Part shown: positions 55,368-64,000 of the stretch, one piece after another
Layout of the letters: each line of letters begins with the position of its first letter
Position numbering within the stretch: the first letter of the stretch is position 1
Assembly (NCBI GenBank): GCA_030749725.1
Contig: JASMJM010000173.1
Span: 4,521-68,520, forward strand
Reading direction: 5' to 3'
Length of the DNA stretch: 64,000 bases
Source of the DNA: Pseudomonadales bacterium
Lineage (GTDB): Bacteria; Pseudomonadota; Gammaproteobacteria; Pseudomonadales; Azotimanducaceae
Notes under the pieces: generated by a model
Database searches by the model: none
Told to the model about the DNA's origin: nothing
What the model saw: only the letters and a program-made list of their open reading frames with translations
Made by a program: the position numbers and the translations under genes

Positions 55368-56099
55368 CTACAGTTCCCGCACCCAGATATTTCTGAAACG
55401 AACCGGGTGACTGTGGTCCTGCAACATGATGGCAGCGTTCCCATGGGCCAGATTCCTGGGTAGTCCGATGTACTCGGTGGTACCTTTTACCTCCACGTGG
55501 TTTTGAATGAGCGCACCATTGTGAAGTACCGTGAGATAGGCGGAACTCGTTTTGATGCCATCGCCATTGAATGCCGGCGCTCTGTAAACGATATCGTAAA
55601 CATTCCATTCACCCGGCGCGGCTGTCGCATTAACCAACGGCATGGATTGCTTGTAGATTGCGCCGGCCTAACCGTTCGAGTAGGTTTTGCTCACAAAGCT
55701 ATCCAGGATCTGAACTTCGTAGCGTTCCTGTAGAAATACGCCCGAGTTGCCCCTGCCCTGCCCTTCGCCAACGATGACGGTAGGTGAGCTCCATTCGATA
55801 TGCAGTTGGATGTCGCCAAACGTTCGCGTCGTTAGTATGCCTCCCGTTCCCGGGACGACCGTCAGGTTGCCGTTGTCCACTTTCCACTTTGCGCCGCCTC
55901 GGTCTCGTTGGGATTTCCACTCACTGACTCCCGAGCCGTCAAACAGCACGATCGCATCCGAAGGCGGCGCGCCATTGCCGGCGGTAGTGATCTTGCTCGG
56001 TACGGGCTCCCACACCTCCGTGGCCACAGGGTCTTTGATCTCGGCTGACACCATTGCGCTTATGCCAACGGATAATAGAAATAGAATAGATCCTTTCAT
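55368..56099 (-). pseudogene. DUF1080 (3-keto-disaccharide hydrolase-like) exported protein with an in-frame TAG
   Basis: ORF 55668..56267 (signal peptide MKGSILFLLSVGISAMVSA from 56099) ends ...SKTYSNG at TAG 55668-55670. Reading continues in the same frame as AGAIYKQSMPLVNATAAPGEWNVYD...FRNIWVREL (ORF 55368..55643). Confidence 0.75.
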
Positions 56100-56154
56100 G
56101 TCGTACCTCTCTGTGGGGAGCCCTAATGAGATCCCTGTGAACATTAACCGGTTA

Positions 56155-58125
56155 CTATCGTGGGAGATCTCCCTTGTTAGCGGCGGTTTCGTCAAAATAC
56201 CAGGTCGCCGGATGGTAGGAGAGCGTCCAGCGATTGTCCCAACCCCAGATTGCCTCTGGCGGGACACCGCGAAGTCGCTCTGTGATGACGACCGGATGCG
56301 GCGCCAGGCCCACAGTGCCGATCATCCAGACATTCTCGGCATGGGTGGCCAGGATTTTCTTGCCGACTTCGATACGGCGGGCCGGGTCCATGGTCACACG
56401 CATCTCTTCGCCCCAAGCCTGTAACTGCTGCATGATCGGCGGAGGTTCTTCGCCAAGACGTCCGTCGGTCTGATACCAACGTGCCCAGTCGTTCCACATG
56501 GCGTTGTCCCAGCCTGAGCGGCGCGGTACCCACCAGTCCGGTTGCAGCGGAAACAGGATGTCGGTGACGCGGTCCGCATGCCACACCGTCATCTGCATTT
56601 TGCCGGCCTGGGCGCGAGCCGATTGCAGACTGCTGTCGACAATCTTCAGGCGCAAGTCGATGCCCACCTCACGCCAGTAGTTGGACACCAGCTCCAGGGT
56701 GATCTCCTTGGGCGTTTCCCAGTCGATGAATTCGAGGGTGATGGTGAGCGGCGAGCCATCGGCATATTCCCGCAGCCCGTCCGCGTCAACGTCCTTAAGC
56801 TGCAACTCGTCCAACAGGGCCCGCGCCCGAGTGGGATCGTACTCTGTATAGGCGCGTGCGAATGAGGGCTCGAAATAGGAGCTGCTGGGGTGCGCCGTGA
56901 CCTGGCGGGGTGTACCGCGGCCAAAGTAGATAATCTGGTTCATCTCCTGCCGGTTGATCGCCAACGACAGAGCACGCCGGAAGCGTACGTCCCAGTAAAG
57001 CGTGCGAAGCCGTTCATCACCGTAGTTGTAGTTGAGCTGGATGACCACGTCGCTCGAGTGCAGTCGCTTCCACACGTGTACTTTGATGGCACCGGTGCGC
57101 TCACCGAGTTTCAGAAGGGGTATGTCCTGCGTGCGCAGTTCATAGGAGGAAAAGTCGAGCTGCCCCGTCGATGCCATGGCGGTGATGACCTCTTTATTCT
57201 CGACAACTTTCGATTCGATGCCGTCTATATAAGGCAGCTGCTGCCCGGCGGGATCCACCTTGAAGTAATAGGGATTGCGCTCGTAGCGCCTTAACAAGGG
57301 TGTTGTGCTTACGATACGGTGAGCGTCCAGCGTGGGGGCGTCAACGCTCTGGTCGATCAAGCCACGGCGACAGGCGCCGATGAACGCCATCCAGCTGATG
57401 AACCCCATGTCACGGATTCGAGCGTTAAGCGCTTCTCGATTTACATAGCCAGGATGGAATTCACGGTAATAGTTCTTCGGTGCTACCAGAAAGTTACCGT
57501 ATTGCGCCAGACGATTTACGAACAGTGGGTTCGAATTCTGAAACTGGTAGAAAAACGTCAAGTCGTCAATCTTGACTGCCCTGCCACCGATGATATTGGG
57601 ATCCGTCACCGGAGACATTTCCTTATTGAGCCACAGGTCGTTGAAGACGAACATGAAATCTTCGCTGGTGAACGGCGTGCCATCGGACCACTTGATGCCT
57701 GCCCGAAGCCTGAGCGTGATCTTGCGCCCGTCCGGGCTCACCGACCACCACTCGGCCAGGTTGGGCAAGAAGGTGCGCATGTCGGCGGAGATGGTCAGGG
57801 GCGATTCGACGTTCGGGAACGTCAACCACTCATCACTGGTGATGCGTGCCGTGCCGCCATACAGGCCGAGTTCCTTGAGGGGCACTACGACCACCGGATC
57901 GCGGGGCAGACGATCCACTACCGGCGGCAGATCTCGATCATCCAACATGGGGCTCTGGGAGAAGCTGGTGATGCCAAGTTGGCTAGCCGTCCTGGCCGGT
58001 TCGAACCAGGCATCCGGCCAGTCGTCCGGCCAGATTTGCTGCCGATCGGGCTCTGTTGCCTGGCAGGGGGTGAGCGTGACCGTCGCACAGGACAGCGCGA
58101 TTGCCGCGATCCAAGCCGGCCTCAT
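56155..58125 (-). CDS. ABC transporter substrate-binding protein, family 5 (DppA/OppA-like)
   Basis: 656 aa with signal peptide MRPAWIAAIALSCATVTLTPCQA. Size and W/Y-rich pattern fit family-5 SBPs. No permease or ATPase genes adjacent. Confidence 0.65.
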   Translation of the reverse strand: MRPAWIAAIALSCATVTLTPCQATEPDRQQIWPDDWPDAWFEPARTASQLGITSFSQSPMLDDRDLPPVVDRLPRDPVVVVPLKELGLYGGTARITSDEWLTFPNVESPLTISADMRTFLPNLAEWWSVSPDGRKITLRLRAGIKWSDGTPFTSEDFMFVFNDLWLNKEMSPVTDPNIIGGRAVKIDDLTFFYQFQNSNPLFVNRLAQYGNFLVAPKNYYREFHPGYVNREALNARIRDMGFISWMAFIGACRRGLIDQSVDAPTLDAHRIVSTTPLLRRYERNPYYFKVDPAGQQLPYIDGIESKVVENKEVITAMASTGQLDFSSYELRTQDIPLLKLGERTGAIKVHVWKRLHSSDVVIQLNYNYGDERLRTLYWDVRFRRALSLAINRQEMNQIIYFGRGTPRQVTAHPSSSYFEPSFARAYTEYDPTRARALLDELQLKDVDADGLREYADGSPLTITLEFIDWETPKEITLELVSNYWREVGIDLRLKIVDSSLQSARAQAGKMQMTVWHADRVTDILFPLQPDWWVPRRSGWDNAMWNDWARWYQTDGRLGEEPPPIMQQLQAWGEEMRVTMDPARRIEVGKKILATHAENVWMIGTVGLAPHPVVITERLRGVPPEAIWGWDNRWTLSYHPATWYFDETAANKGDLPR

Positions 58126-58423
58126 TTGGTCCCACCCATCACAGTTCGCATGTGCACATGACAGCCCGATAGTGACTCACTTGCTTTGGCCTACTCCTGA
58201 CAAACTCGTTCGCTCACGAGCCTGCGCGGACGTTGCAGGTCGTTGCATCGGGGCCAAGCATACTTGCATCTCCCTGGGGATGCACGTCTGCAGTCTTTCC
58301 ATCCGGCTGCGCAGATCAATGCGGGCTGCGCAGATCATGTCGGGCTTAATCGATCTGTTTTGACTCTCTGATACAAACGTGGTTTATTCCGGCTCTGCTA
58401 TACAAGGCTGACTGGAGGCGATA

Positions 58424-59437
58424 GTGAGCAATTCCATACGATGTCTCGATGACTATGTGGTAGGCCAAAAAGGAGTGACGGCCACCAGGACTGTAACCGA
58501 GGCTGACATCGTCAATTTTGGCGGTGTCACCGAAGACTATAACCTGCCGCACATGGATCGCCACGCCATGGCAGATAGCACCTATGGCGCAAGGGTGGCT
58601 CACGGGTTACTGGGATCCAGTCTGGTGACGGGGATGCTTTCCCTGCGCGCCCCTCACGTTATCGGGCGTGGTGTTCCCGGAGCCTATCTCTACAGTTTCG
58701 ATTCGAACTATCGGGATGGTATCAGGCTGGGCGATACCATCAGGATCGAGTGGAGCGTCGCGGATAAATCCGACGCCTCTCCTTATCAGGATTTCGGTTT
58801 GGTCACCACCGACTTTCAGGTAGTGAATCAGGACGGCGTCTCTATCTATGATGGCACCCTCGGTACGCTCGTCAGGAAAGCATCTACCGAGGATGCAACC
58901 CTGCAATTAATGCATCAGGAACCATGGCAGGTCACGGAGTTTATCACCGAGCCGGACAAGGCCTACTATGTGGAAGATTACGTGCTTGGCGAGGGAGGAG
59001 ATACTGACGGGCGAACCATCACGGAAACAGACATCGTCAACTTCGCGGCTCTTACCGGTGATTACAATCCTCAGTTTGTCGATGCGGAATACGCGAAACA
59101 AGGCATTTTTGGAACGCGAGTTGCACATGGCCTCTTGATCTTCAGCGTCGTCTTCGGGCTGTGGACCTCCCAGGGCTCTGCTCATCGCCGCGCGCCCCCC
59201 AGCAAGGGCGCTATGGTGGCGGGTCACCTCAACGACCGGGCGTCCTTTGTCGGTGCCGTGAGAATTGGTGACACCATCCGTTGCCGCTACAAGACCCTGG
59301 CGACTAGGGCCTCTAAAACCAGACCGGGAATCGGCCTCATCACCACGGGGCTGCAGGCGATCAACCAGAACGATGAGGCGGTTATGGATGGGTCCACCAT
59401 ACTGATGGGAATCTCAAGAAGCGGAAGTGAAAGCTAG
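58424..59437 (+). CDS. MaoC-like (R-specific enoyl-CoA hydratase fold) double hot-dog protein
   Basis: GTG start. Two repeats each carry ...DIVNF..(V/L)TGDYN(L)P(H/Q)...(Y/A).....G.RVAHGLL. Confidence 0.75.
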   Translation: MSNSIRCLDDYVVGQKGVTATRTVTEADIVNFGGVTEDYNLPHMDRHAMADSTYGARVAHGLLGSSLVTGMLSLRAPHVIGRGVPGAYLYSFDSNYRDGIRLGDTIRIEWSVADKSDASPYQDFGLVTTDFQVVNQDGVSIYDGTLGTLVRKASTEDATLQLMHQEPWQVTEFITEPDKAYYVEDYVLGEGGDTDGRTITETDIVNFAALTGDYNPQFVDAEYAKQGIFGTRVAHGLLIFSVVFGLWTSQGSAHRRAPPSKGAMVAGHLNDRASFVGAVRIGDTIRCRYKTLATRASKTRPGIGLITTGLQAINQNDEAVMDGSTILMGISRSGSES

Positions 59438-59452
59438 CTGAACCGATCCTTG

Positions 59453-60502
59453 TCAGTAGCCCAACTCATCCATGATCGCCGGGATGCCTTGCTGCCAGTT
59501 CACGGGCAAGTCTTCGGAGATTTCCAGTGCCAGCAACCGACCATCCGGCGCCCCTTCCAAAACCTTGCGGCGAATCTCGATTTGGAGTTGATCCGCGGGC
59601 AGGTCGAACAGCCCTACGTTAATGTTGGACCAGATGCCTTTCTCCGGCCAAACCGCCCTGCACTCTGCCAGTGTCATATCCCCCTCGGGGGGTTCGGTGA
59701 AGGATTCGATGTGGTCTATGGGTGCTGCAGCGATGGCCTGCCTGGTGGAGGATAGCTTGCCATCATAATGGGTACCGACGATCTTGCCGGCCTGATGCAG
59801 CATCGGCAGACACTCCTTGTACACGGGTAGCAGAAATTGCTCGTAACGCACAGGACCGAGGGTTTCGGCAGTGAAGTTTTCAGCACACTCGATGTACCGG
59901 CCCGGGCCTTCGGCGTTTATTTCGACGATCTTACGAAAGTTCACAAGCAGCACCTGATACAGCGTCATCATCTCATCTTCAAGGTCCACCAGGTGGTATG
60001 AAAACTGCTCCAGCCCCGCATCATCCACGAGGATGGTCTGGATCGGTGTCCGTCCGATCATTGGCAGCACCAGCCCCCAGGGAGCAACCTGCTTCTGCAG
60101 CTCGTCGTAGTTGTCGAAGGCAGGGCTTATCTCCGTGTTTTCCACAATCCACGTGCGCACCCGAAAGTCCTCGGCCATCGCCAGCCAGTATTTCTGGGGC
60201 CAATAGGGAACGGTATTCTGTGCCACCAGTGCCGTGGTATATATTTCACCGACAGGTGTCTTAAGCGTCGTTCGGCGCATGGTATTGCCGTCTTCCTGGT
60301 AAGTGTTTACCACTCGCTCGACATCCTTTGCCGATTTGCTGATGGTCGACACCCAATATGTCGGCACCAGTCCCCGCTCGAACAGCGCCACCCAGTCAGG
60401 GTTTTCTCTCAGCGAACCGCAGAACGCGCCATAGATGGAAAATGGGATACGCTCCGGTCGTTCGCCATCCCAATACAACTGGAAATTTTCGTGTGGTGTC
60501 AT
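59453..60502 (-). CDS. uroporphyrinogen-decarboxylase-like (URO-D/MtaA family) protein
   Basis: Start chosen at MTPHENF. Size and C-terminal ...HYDGKL...ESFTEPPEGDM... pattern are reminiscent of URO-D-like TIM barrels. Tentative. Confidence 0.4.
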   Translation of the reverse strand: MTPHENFQLYWDGERPERIPFSIYGAFCGSLRENPDWVALFERGLVPTYWVSTISKSAKDVERVVNTYQEDGNTMRRTTLKTPVGEIYTTALVAQNTVPYWPQKYWLAMAEDFRVRTWIVENTEISPAFDNYDELQKQVAPWGLVLPMIGRTPIQTILVDDAGLEQFSYHLVDLEDEMMTLYQVLLVNFRKIVEINAEGPGRYIECAENFTAETLGPVRYEQFLLPVYKECLPMLHQAGKIVGTHYDGKLSSTRQAIAAAPIDHIESFTEPPEGDMTLAECRAVWPEKGIWSNINVGLFDLPADQLQIEIRRKVLEGAPDGRLLALEISEDLPVNWQQGIPAIMDELGY

Positions 60503-60710
60503 GCGCTTTCCCCCAATTGAAATCCTTTTGATGGCAGTTGGCTGCATTCGAGTCTACGCGATCACGTATTGAAATCCCATCGGCCCGGTTACGTTTGAAT
60601 GGCCTATGTCTTGCCGTCTGTTCGCCGGACGCGAGCATAAGGACGTTCTGCGCAATCATGTTACACTCGATCTGCAGCTTGCAGGAATCCAGGAGTTATC
60701 AGTGGCGGAA

Positions 60711-61496
60711 ATGAAAAGATTGGAAGGCAAGGTTGTCATCGTCACAGGCGGCGGTAGCGGGCTCGGTAAGGGAGCCTGCCAACGAATCGCAGAGGAAGGT
60801 GGCGCAGTTGCCGTAGTCGACATCCGCGCCGAACTTGCCGACGAGGTCGCGCGGGACATTAACAAGAACAACGGTCGCGCCATTCCCCTTAGTTGTGATG
60901 TCTCCAACGAAGCGCATGTCGCCGCGGCTGTCGAGCAGACGGTCAGCGAGTTCGGCAGTTTACATGGACTGGTGGCCAATGCCGGCACCGCAGGACGCGG
61001 TTGGATTCACGAAACGACGCTTGAAGACTGGCACTTTGTCCTGGGGGTCAACCTGACAGGTCCTTTCTTGTGCGCCAAACACGCCATCCCGCACATGATC
61101 GAGGCGGGCGGCGGTTCTGTTGTGGTTACTTCCTCCATCGCGGGGTCAGTCATCGGCGTCGGCGGTTCAGCTGCATCCTACGCCGTTTCCAAGGCAGGGG
61201 TCATTCAACTTGCCAAGCAGATCGCGGTTGACTATGGATCTCAGGGCATTCGTGCCAACGCCATTCAGCCTGCCGGCATAGCCGAGAGCAACCTCGGCAA
61301 ACACGTCAGAGAAGACTGGCAACGACGGACCACGCCGCCTGCCGATCTGCCTCGGCCGCAAGCCTGGCTACCGATTCGCCGTGCCGGGCACCCCAAGGAT
61401 GAGTATGGCGCGACCGTGGCCTTTCTTTTGTCGGATGATGCTGGTTATATCACCGGCGCGGCATTGCCGGTCGATGGCGGCTATCTAGCTACTTGA
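60711..61496 (+). CDS. SDR family oxidoreductase
   Basis: MKRLEGKVVIVTGGGSGLGKG, NAG, and a YAVSKAG catalytic motif. Confidence 0.85.
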   Translation: MKRLEGKVVIVTGGGSGLGKGACQRIAEEGGAVAVVDIRAELADEVARDINKNNGRAIPLSCDVSNEAHVAAAVEQTVSEFGSLHGLVANAGTAGRGWIHETTLEDWHFVLGVNLTGPFLCAKHAIPHMIEAGGGSVVVTSSIAGSVIGVGGSAASYAVSKAGVIQLAKQIAVDYGSQGIRANAIQPAGIAESNLGKHVREDWQRRTTPPADLPRPQAWLPIRRAGHPKDEYGATVAFLLSDDAGYITGAALPVDGGYLAT

Positions 61497-61503
61497 GGCC
61501 GTT

Positions 61504-62691
61504 CTAATCCGGCAGTCCCAGCACCCGTTTGGCGATGATATTGCGCTGAATCTCGTTGCTGCCACTGTAGATGGACGCTGCACGTGATTGCAGGAAGCGT
61601 CGCGTGGCGGCAAGTTCTTCATCGCTGAAGGAGTCGCCTTCCCAACCGTAGCCCTGTGTACCACGCAGTGAGGTCATCAGTTCAGCATACCGTTTCTCCA
61701 GATCCGTCCCCACGGTTTTGAAGATCGATGTTGCCGGCCCCGGCGTTCTACCATCGCTCGACTCCTCCACCGAGCGTCGCTGGGTTAACTGCAGTGCCCT
61801 CATGTGCATTTCATACTGCAATACATCGTCTCGCGCCAGGTCGTCTGCAATGCGGCCATCGACTTCACCAAGAAAGCCCCTGGCTGTATCCACCAGACCC
61901 ACGGGTCGAGTCCCGGCGCTTCCGGAAATGAGGGACTCCATACCGGAACGTTCATGTTGCAGCAGTCGTTTGCCGACGCTCCACCCTTGATTGAGACCGC
62001 CAATCAGATCGTCCTTGTCAGCAAATGCATTGTCGAAGAACGTCTCGGAAAAAGGTGAGCCGCCACTGATCATTTCGATTGGCGTGGTGGATATACCGGG
62101 TTGATCCATGGTCAGCAGAAGGAAACTGATGCCCTCATGTTTCGGCACATCCGGGTCCGAGCGCACCAGCATAAACATCCAGTCGGACGTATCGGCATCG
62201 GAGGTCCATGTCTTCTGACCGTTGATCACAAAGTGGTCTCCGTCCAACACGGCACTGGTCCGAAGACTGGCCAGATCCGATCCGGCGCCCGGTTCGCTGT
62301 AGCCCTGGCACCACTCGCCCTCACCCCGCGCGATCGCTGGCAGGTGACGCTTTTTCTGATCCTCGCTACCCACTTCCAGCAAAGTCGGACCGACCATCGA
62401 CGTGCCGCGATTGACCAGGGGTGGCCGCGCCCCGATGGCGCGCATCTCTTCCAGCAACACAACGTATTCGGCTGTGCTCAGACCACCGCCGCCATATTCT
62501 CTCGGCCAGGTTGGCACGGTCCAGCCTTTTTCCGCCATTCGGTCCAACCAAAGTGTCACATCCGGATCGCGGATTTTGATCTTGGAACTGCCATTGGCAA
62601 CCTGGCCCGGGCCACGCGCACCGGGGGGACAATTGGCGGCCAACCACTTGCGGGTATCCGTCCTGAATTGTTCGAGATCGCTCATATCCAC
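61504..62691 (-). CDS. acyl-CoA dehydrogenase family protein
   Basis: 395 aa. ...QGYSEPGAGSDLASL...GQKTWTS... and C-terminal ...IYSGSNEIQRNIIAKRVLGLP are typical ACAD motifs. Confidence 0.85.
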   Translation of the reverse strand: MDMSDLEQFRTDTRKWLAANCPPGARGPGQVANGSSKIKIRDPDVTLWLDRMAEKGWTVPTWPREYGGGGLSTAEYVVLLEEMRAIGARPPLVNRGTSMVGPTLLEVGSEDQKKRHLPAIARGEGEWCQGYSEPGAGSDLASLRTSAVLDGDHFVINGQKTWTSDADTSDWMFMLVRSDPDVPKHEGISFLLLTMDQPGISTTPIEMISGGSPFSETFFDNAFADKDDLIGGLNQGWSVGKRLLQHERSGMESLISGSAGTRPVGLVDTARGFLGEVDGRIADDLARDDVLQYEMHMRALQLTQRRSVEESSDGRTPGPATSIFKTVGTDLEKRYAELMTSLRGTQGYGWEGDSFSDEELAATRRFLQSRAASIYSGSNEIQRNIIAKRVLGLPD

Positions 62692-62878
62692 GTCCTAATT
62701 ATGGGAATACGACAAAATAGCAAATTCCGGCTGAATCAGAAAGGCCGTCTGCCACATCTCGCCTCCCAACGGGCGGCGGGATGGCGCGGCAAAGAATTGT
62801 TCAATGCTCCACTTAGAGATATAGTCCGGTGTCATCCAACTGAGCAAATTTGGCTTTAACCCTGATAAGGAGCGCAGC

Positions 62879-63703
62879 ATGACAAAAACCAATACCATTC
62901 TGACAGAACGTCGCGGTGAAACCGGTGGCATCTTGTGGATTACACTGAACCGACCGGAGAAGTTGAATGCGCTGACATTCCCTCTTCTGGCTGACTTCAG
63001 GGAAATCTGTGTCGAGGCGCGAAATGACCGATCCGTTAGATGCGTTGTCATCACGGGCGCTGGTCGTGGTTTCTGTGCCGGCATGGACTTCAGCGGTGCT
63101 GCCAGTTCCGAGGCACCCTCACAGCCGGTAGACACAGGCATCGACATTGAAGGCATGCGCCTCAATTTCCGCAATGAGACCGAAACCTATATTGCGCTGA
63201 AGAGACTGGAAGTACCGATCATCGCGTCCATCAACGGCCCCTGCGTGGGCGCCGGTTTCGACCTCGCCAGTCACTGCGATATGGCGGTCGGATCTACTGC
63301 GGCAAGATATCAGGTTGCCTACGTCAAACGAGGCGTTTATGCCGACTTGGGTGGCTTCTGGTCGCTGCCGAAGATCCTCGGTTGGCGCAAGGCGATGGAA
63401 ATGATGACGACCGGGCGTTTCATGAGTGCCGAGGAAGCTCACGAAGCAGGATTGACCAACTACCTGGTTGAGCCGGACGAGCTGGAAGCAAAGACCATTG
63501 AGCTGGCCACTGCCGTTGAACAGGGCCCACCCATCGCCCAGAAACTGGGCAAGCTGCTGGCAACGAAAACAGCAGGGATGGACTTCGAAAATGCCATGCT
63601 GTGGTCTGAGACTGCCATTCCACTGGTGATGATTTCCGAAGACAGCAAGGAAGGCGGCCGTTCATTTGCGGAGAAGCGCGAACCGGTATTTACCGGTCGA
63701 TAA
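62879..63703 (+). CDS. enoyl-CoA hydratase/isomerase (crotonase) family protein
   Basis: LNRPEKLNAL, VVITGAGRGFCAGMD, ING.C.GAG and C-terminal EG..SF.EKR motifs. Confidence 0.85.
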   Translation: MTKTNTILTERRGETGGILWITLNRPEKLNALTFPLLADFREICVEARNDRSVRCVVITGAGRGFCAGMDFSGAASSEAPSQPVDTGIDIEGMRLNFRNETETYIALKRLEVPIIASINGPCVGAGFDLASHCDMAVGSTAARYQVAYVKRGVYADLGGFWSLPKILGWRKAMEMMTTGRFMSAEEAHEAGLTNYLVEPDELEAKTIELATAVEQGPPIAQKLGKLLATKTAGMDFENAMLWSETAIPLVMISEDSKEGGRSFAEKREPVFTGR

Positions 63704-63734
63704 AGTCTCAGCGAACTCAAAGGAGGATCAGATT

Positions 63735-64000
63735 ATGGCAGATAGTGTCTCAGCACATCCGGTACTTTCGCTTTTTACGGAACTGCTGGTGCCATCCCCT
63801 TCCGGTAGGGAAGATCGACTCGCCGGCATCGTTGGCAAGAAACTGAAAGCCATGGACTATGCTTTTGAGACAGATGCCGTCGGCAATCTAACGGTCCAAC
63901 TAGAGGGGCACCAGGCAAACGCCGGCACCTGCATGTTTGCCGCTCACATGGATGAGATTGCCATGGTGGTCACGAACGTTAACGGCGACGGGTCACTTAG
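63735..64000 (+). CDS. M42-type (glutamyl aminopeptidase/endoglucanase-like) peptidase, 3' end outside window
   Basis: Not in the ORF track because there is no stop in the window. ATG 63735 follows AGGAGGA. Translation is MADSVSAHPVLSLFTELLVPSPSGREDRLA...DAVGNLTVQL...FAAHMDEIAMVV. Confidence 0.55.
   Translation, partial: MADSVSAHPVLSLFTELLVPSPSGREDRLAGIVGKKLKAMDYAFETDAVGNLTVQLEGHQANAGTCMFAAHMDEIAMVVTNVNGDGSL

Noticed and set aside
55668-55670. In-frame TAG as programmed recoding (pyrrolysine or suppression).
   Set aside because: No pyl genes or PYLIS-like context are visible, and the host looks like an ordinary Gram-negative heterotroph. A CAG-to-TAG point change is the simplest explanation.
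1-64000. Search for tRNA, rRNA, tmRNA, integrase or att sites that would define a classical genomic island.
   Set aside because: None was recognised by eye in any intergenic region. The only mobility-related signals are the transposase-like ORF, vapBC and the compositional step. tRNAscan/Infernal should confirm this.

Overview
Densely coding 64-kb bacterial window with about 50 genes on both strands. A TonB-dependent receptor and lipoprotein and Tat-type signal peptides point to a Gram-negative host; the taxon cannot be fixed from sequence alone. I recognised no rRNA, tRNA or CRISPR array by eye.

Left third (1-22 kb): a window-truncated Cys-cluster protein, a PhyH dioxygenase and two tandem tyrosine phosphatases followed by a decayed relic of a further copy. 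Then an unknown protein with a CCHC zinc knuckle, a metallophosphoesterase, a cyclase-family protein, a DUF3604 protein with a Lys-rich insertion and a leaderless sulfatase. Then a DUF4143 ATPase, an Rph/PpsA-like phosphotransferase (K1), a TPR plus CRTAC1/FG-GAP pair and a TonB-dependent receptor.

Middle (22-46 kb): an accessory-looking block bracketed by two paralogous SDR genes and ending at a vapBC module. It holds three paralogous, translationally coupled two-gene ABC exporter modules (A, B, C). It also holds a second Rph-like phosphotransferase (K2) and a frameshifted relic of a third (K3). Other contents are a four-carbon acid sugar kinase and a class II aldolase separated by exporter pair A, an AT-richer ORF that may derive from a transposase, and a frameshifted AT-richer S9 peptidase.

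Right third (46-64 kb): housekeeping and catabolic genes (Usp, DUF885, LLM oxidoreductase, family-5 SBP, MaoC, SDR, acyl-CoA dehydrogenase, enoyl-CoA hydratase, M42 peptidase start). It also contains a 176-bp imperfect palindrome, a DUF1080 gene with an in-frame TAG, and a PadR regulator coupled to an unusual chimera of a PadR-partner helical domain and a shortened PilC/GspF-like platform protein.

Best candidates for something undescribed: the iterated phosphotransferase-plus-heterodimeric-ABC-exporter modules, and the PadR/PilC-like chimera. All family calls rest on motif recognition by eye and need HMM or BLAST confirmation.
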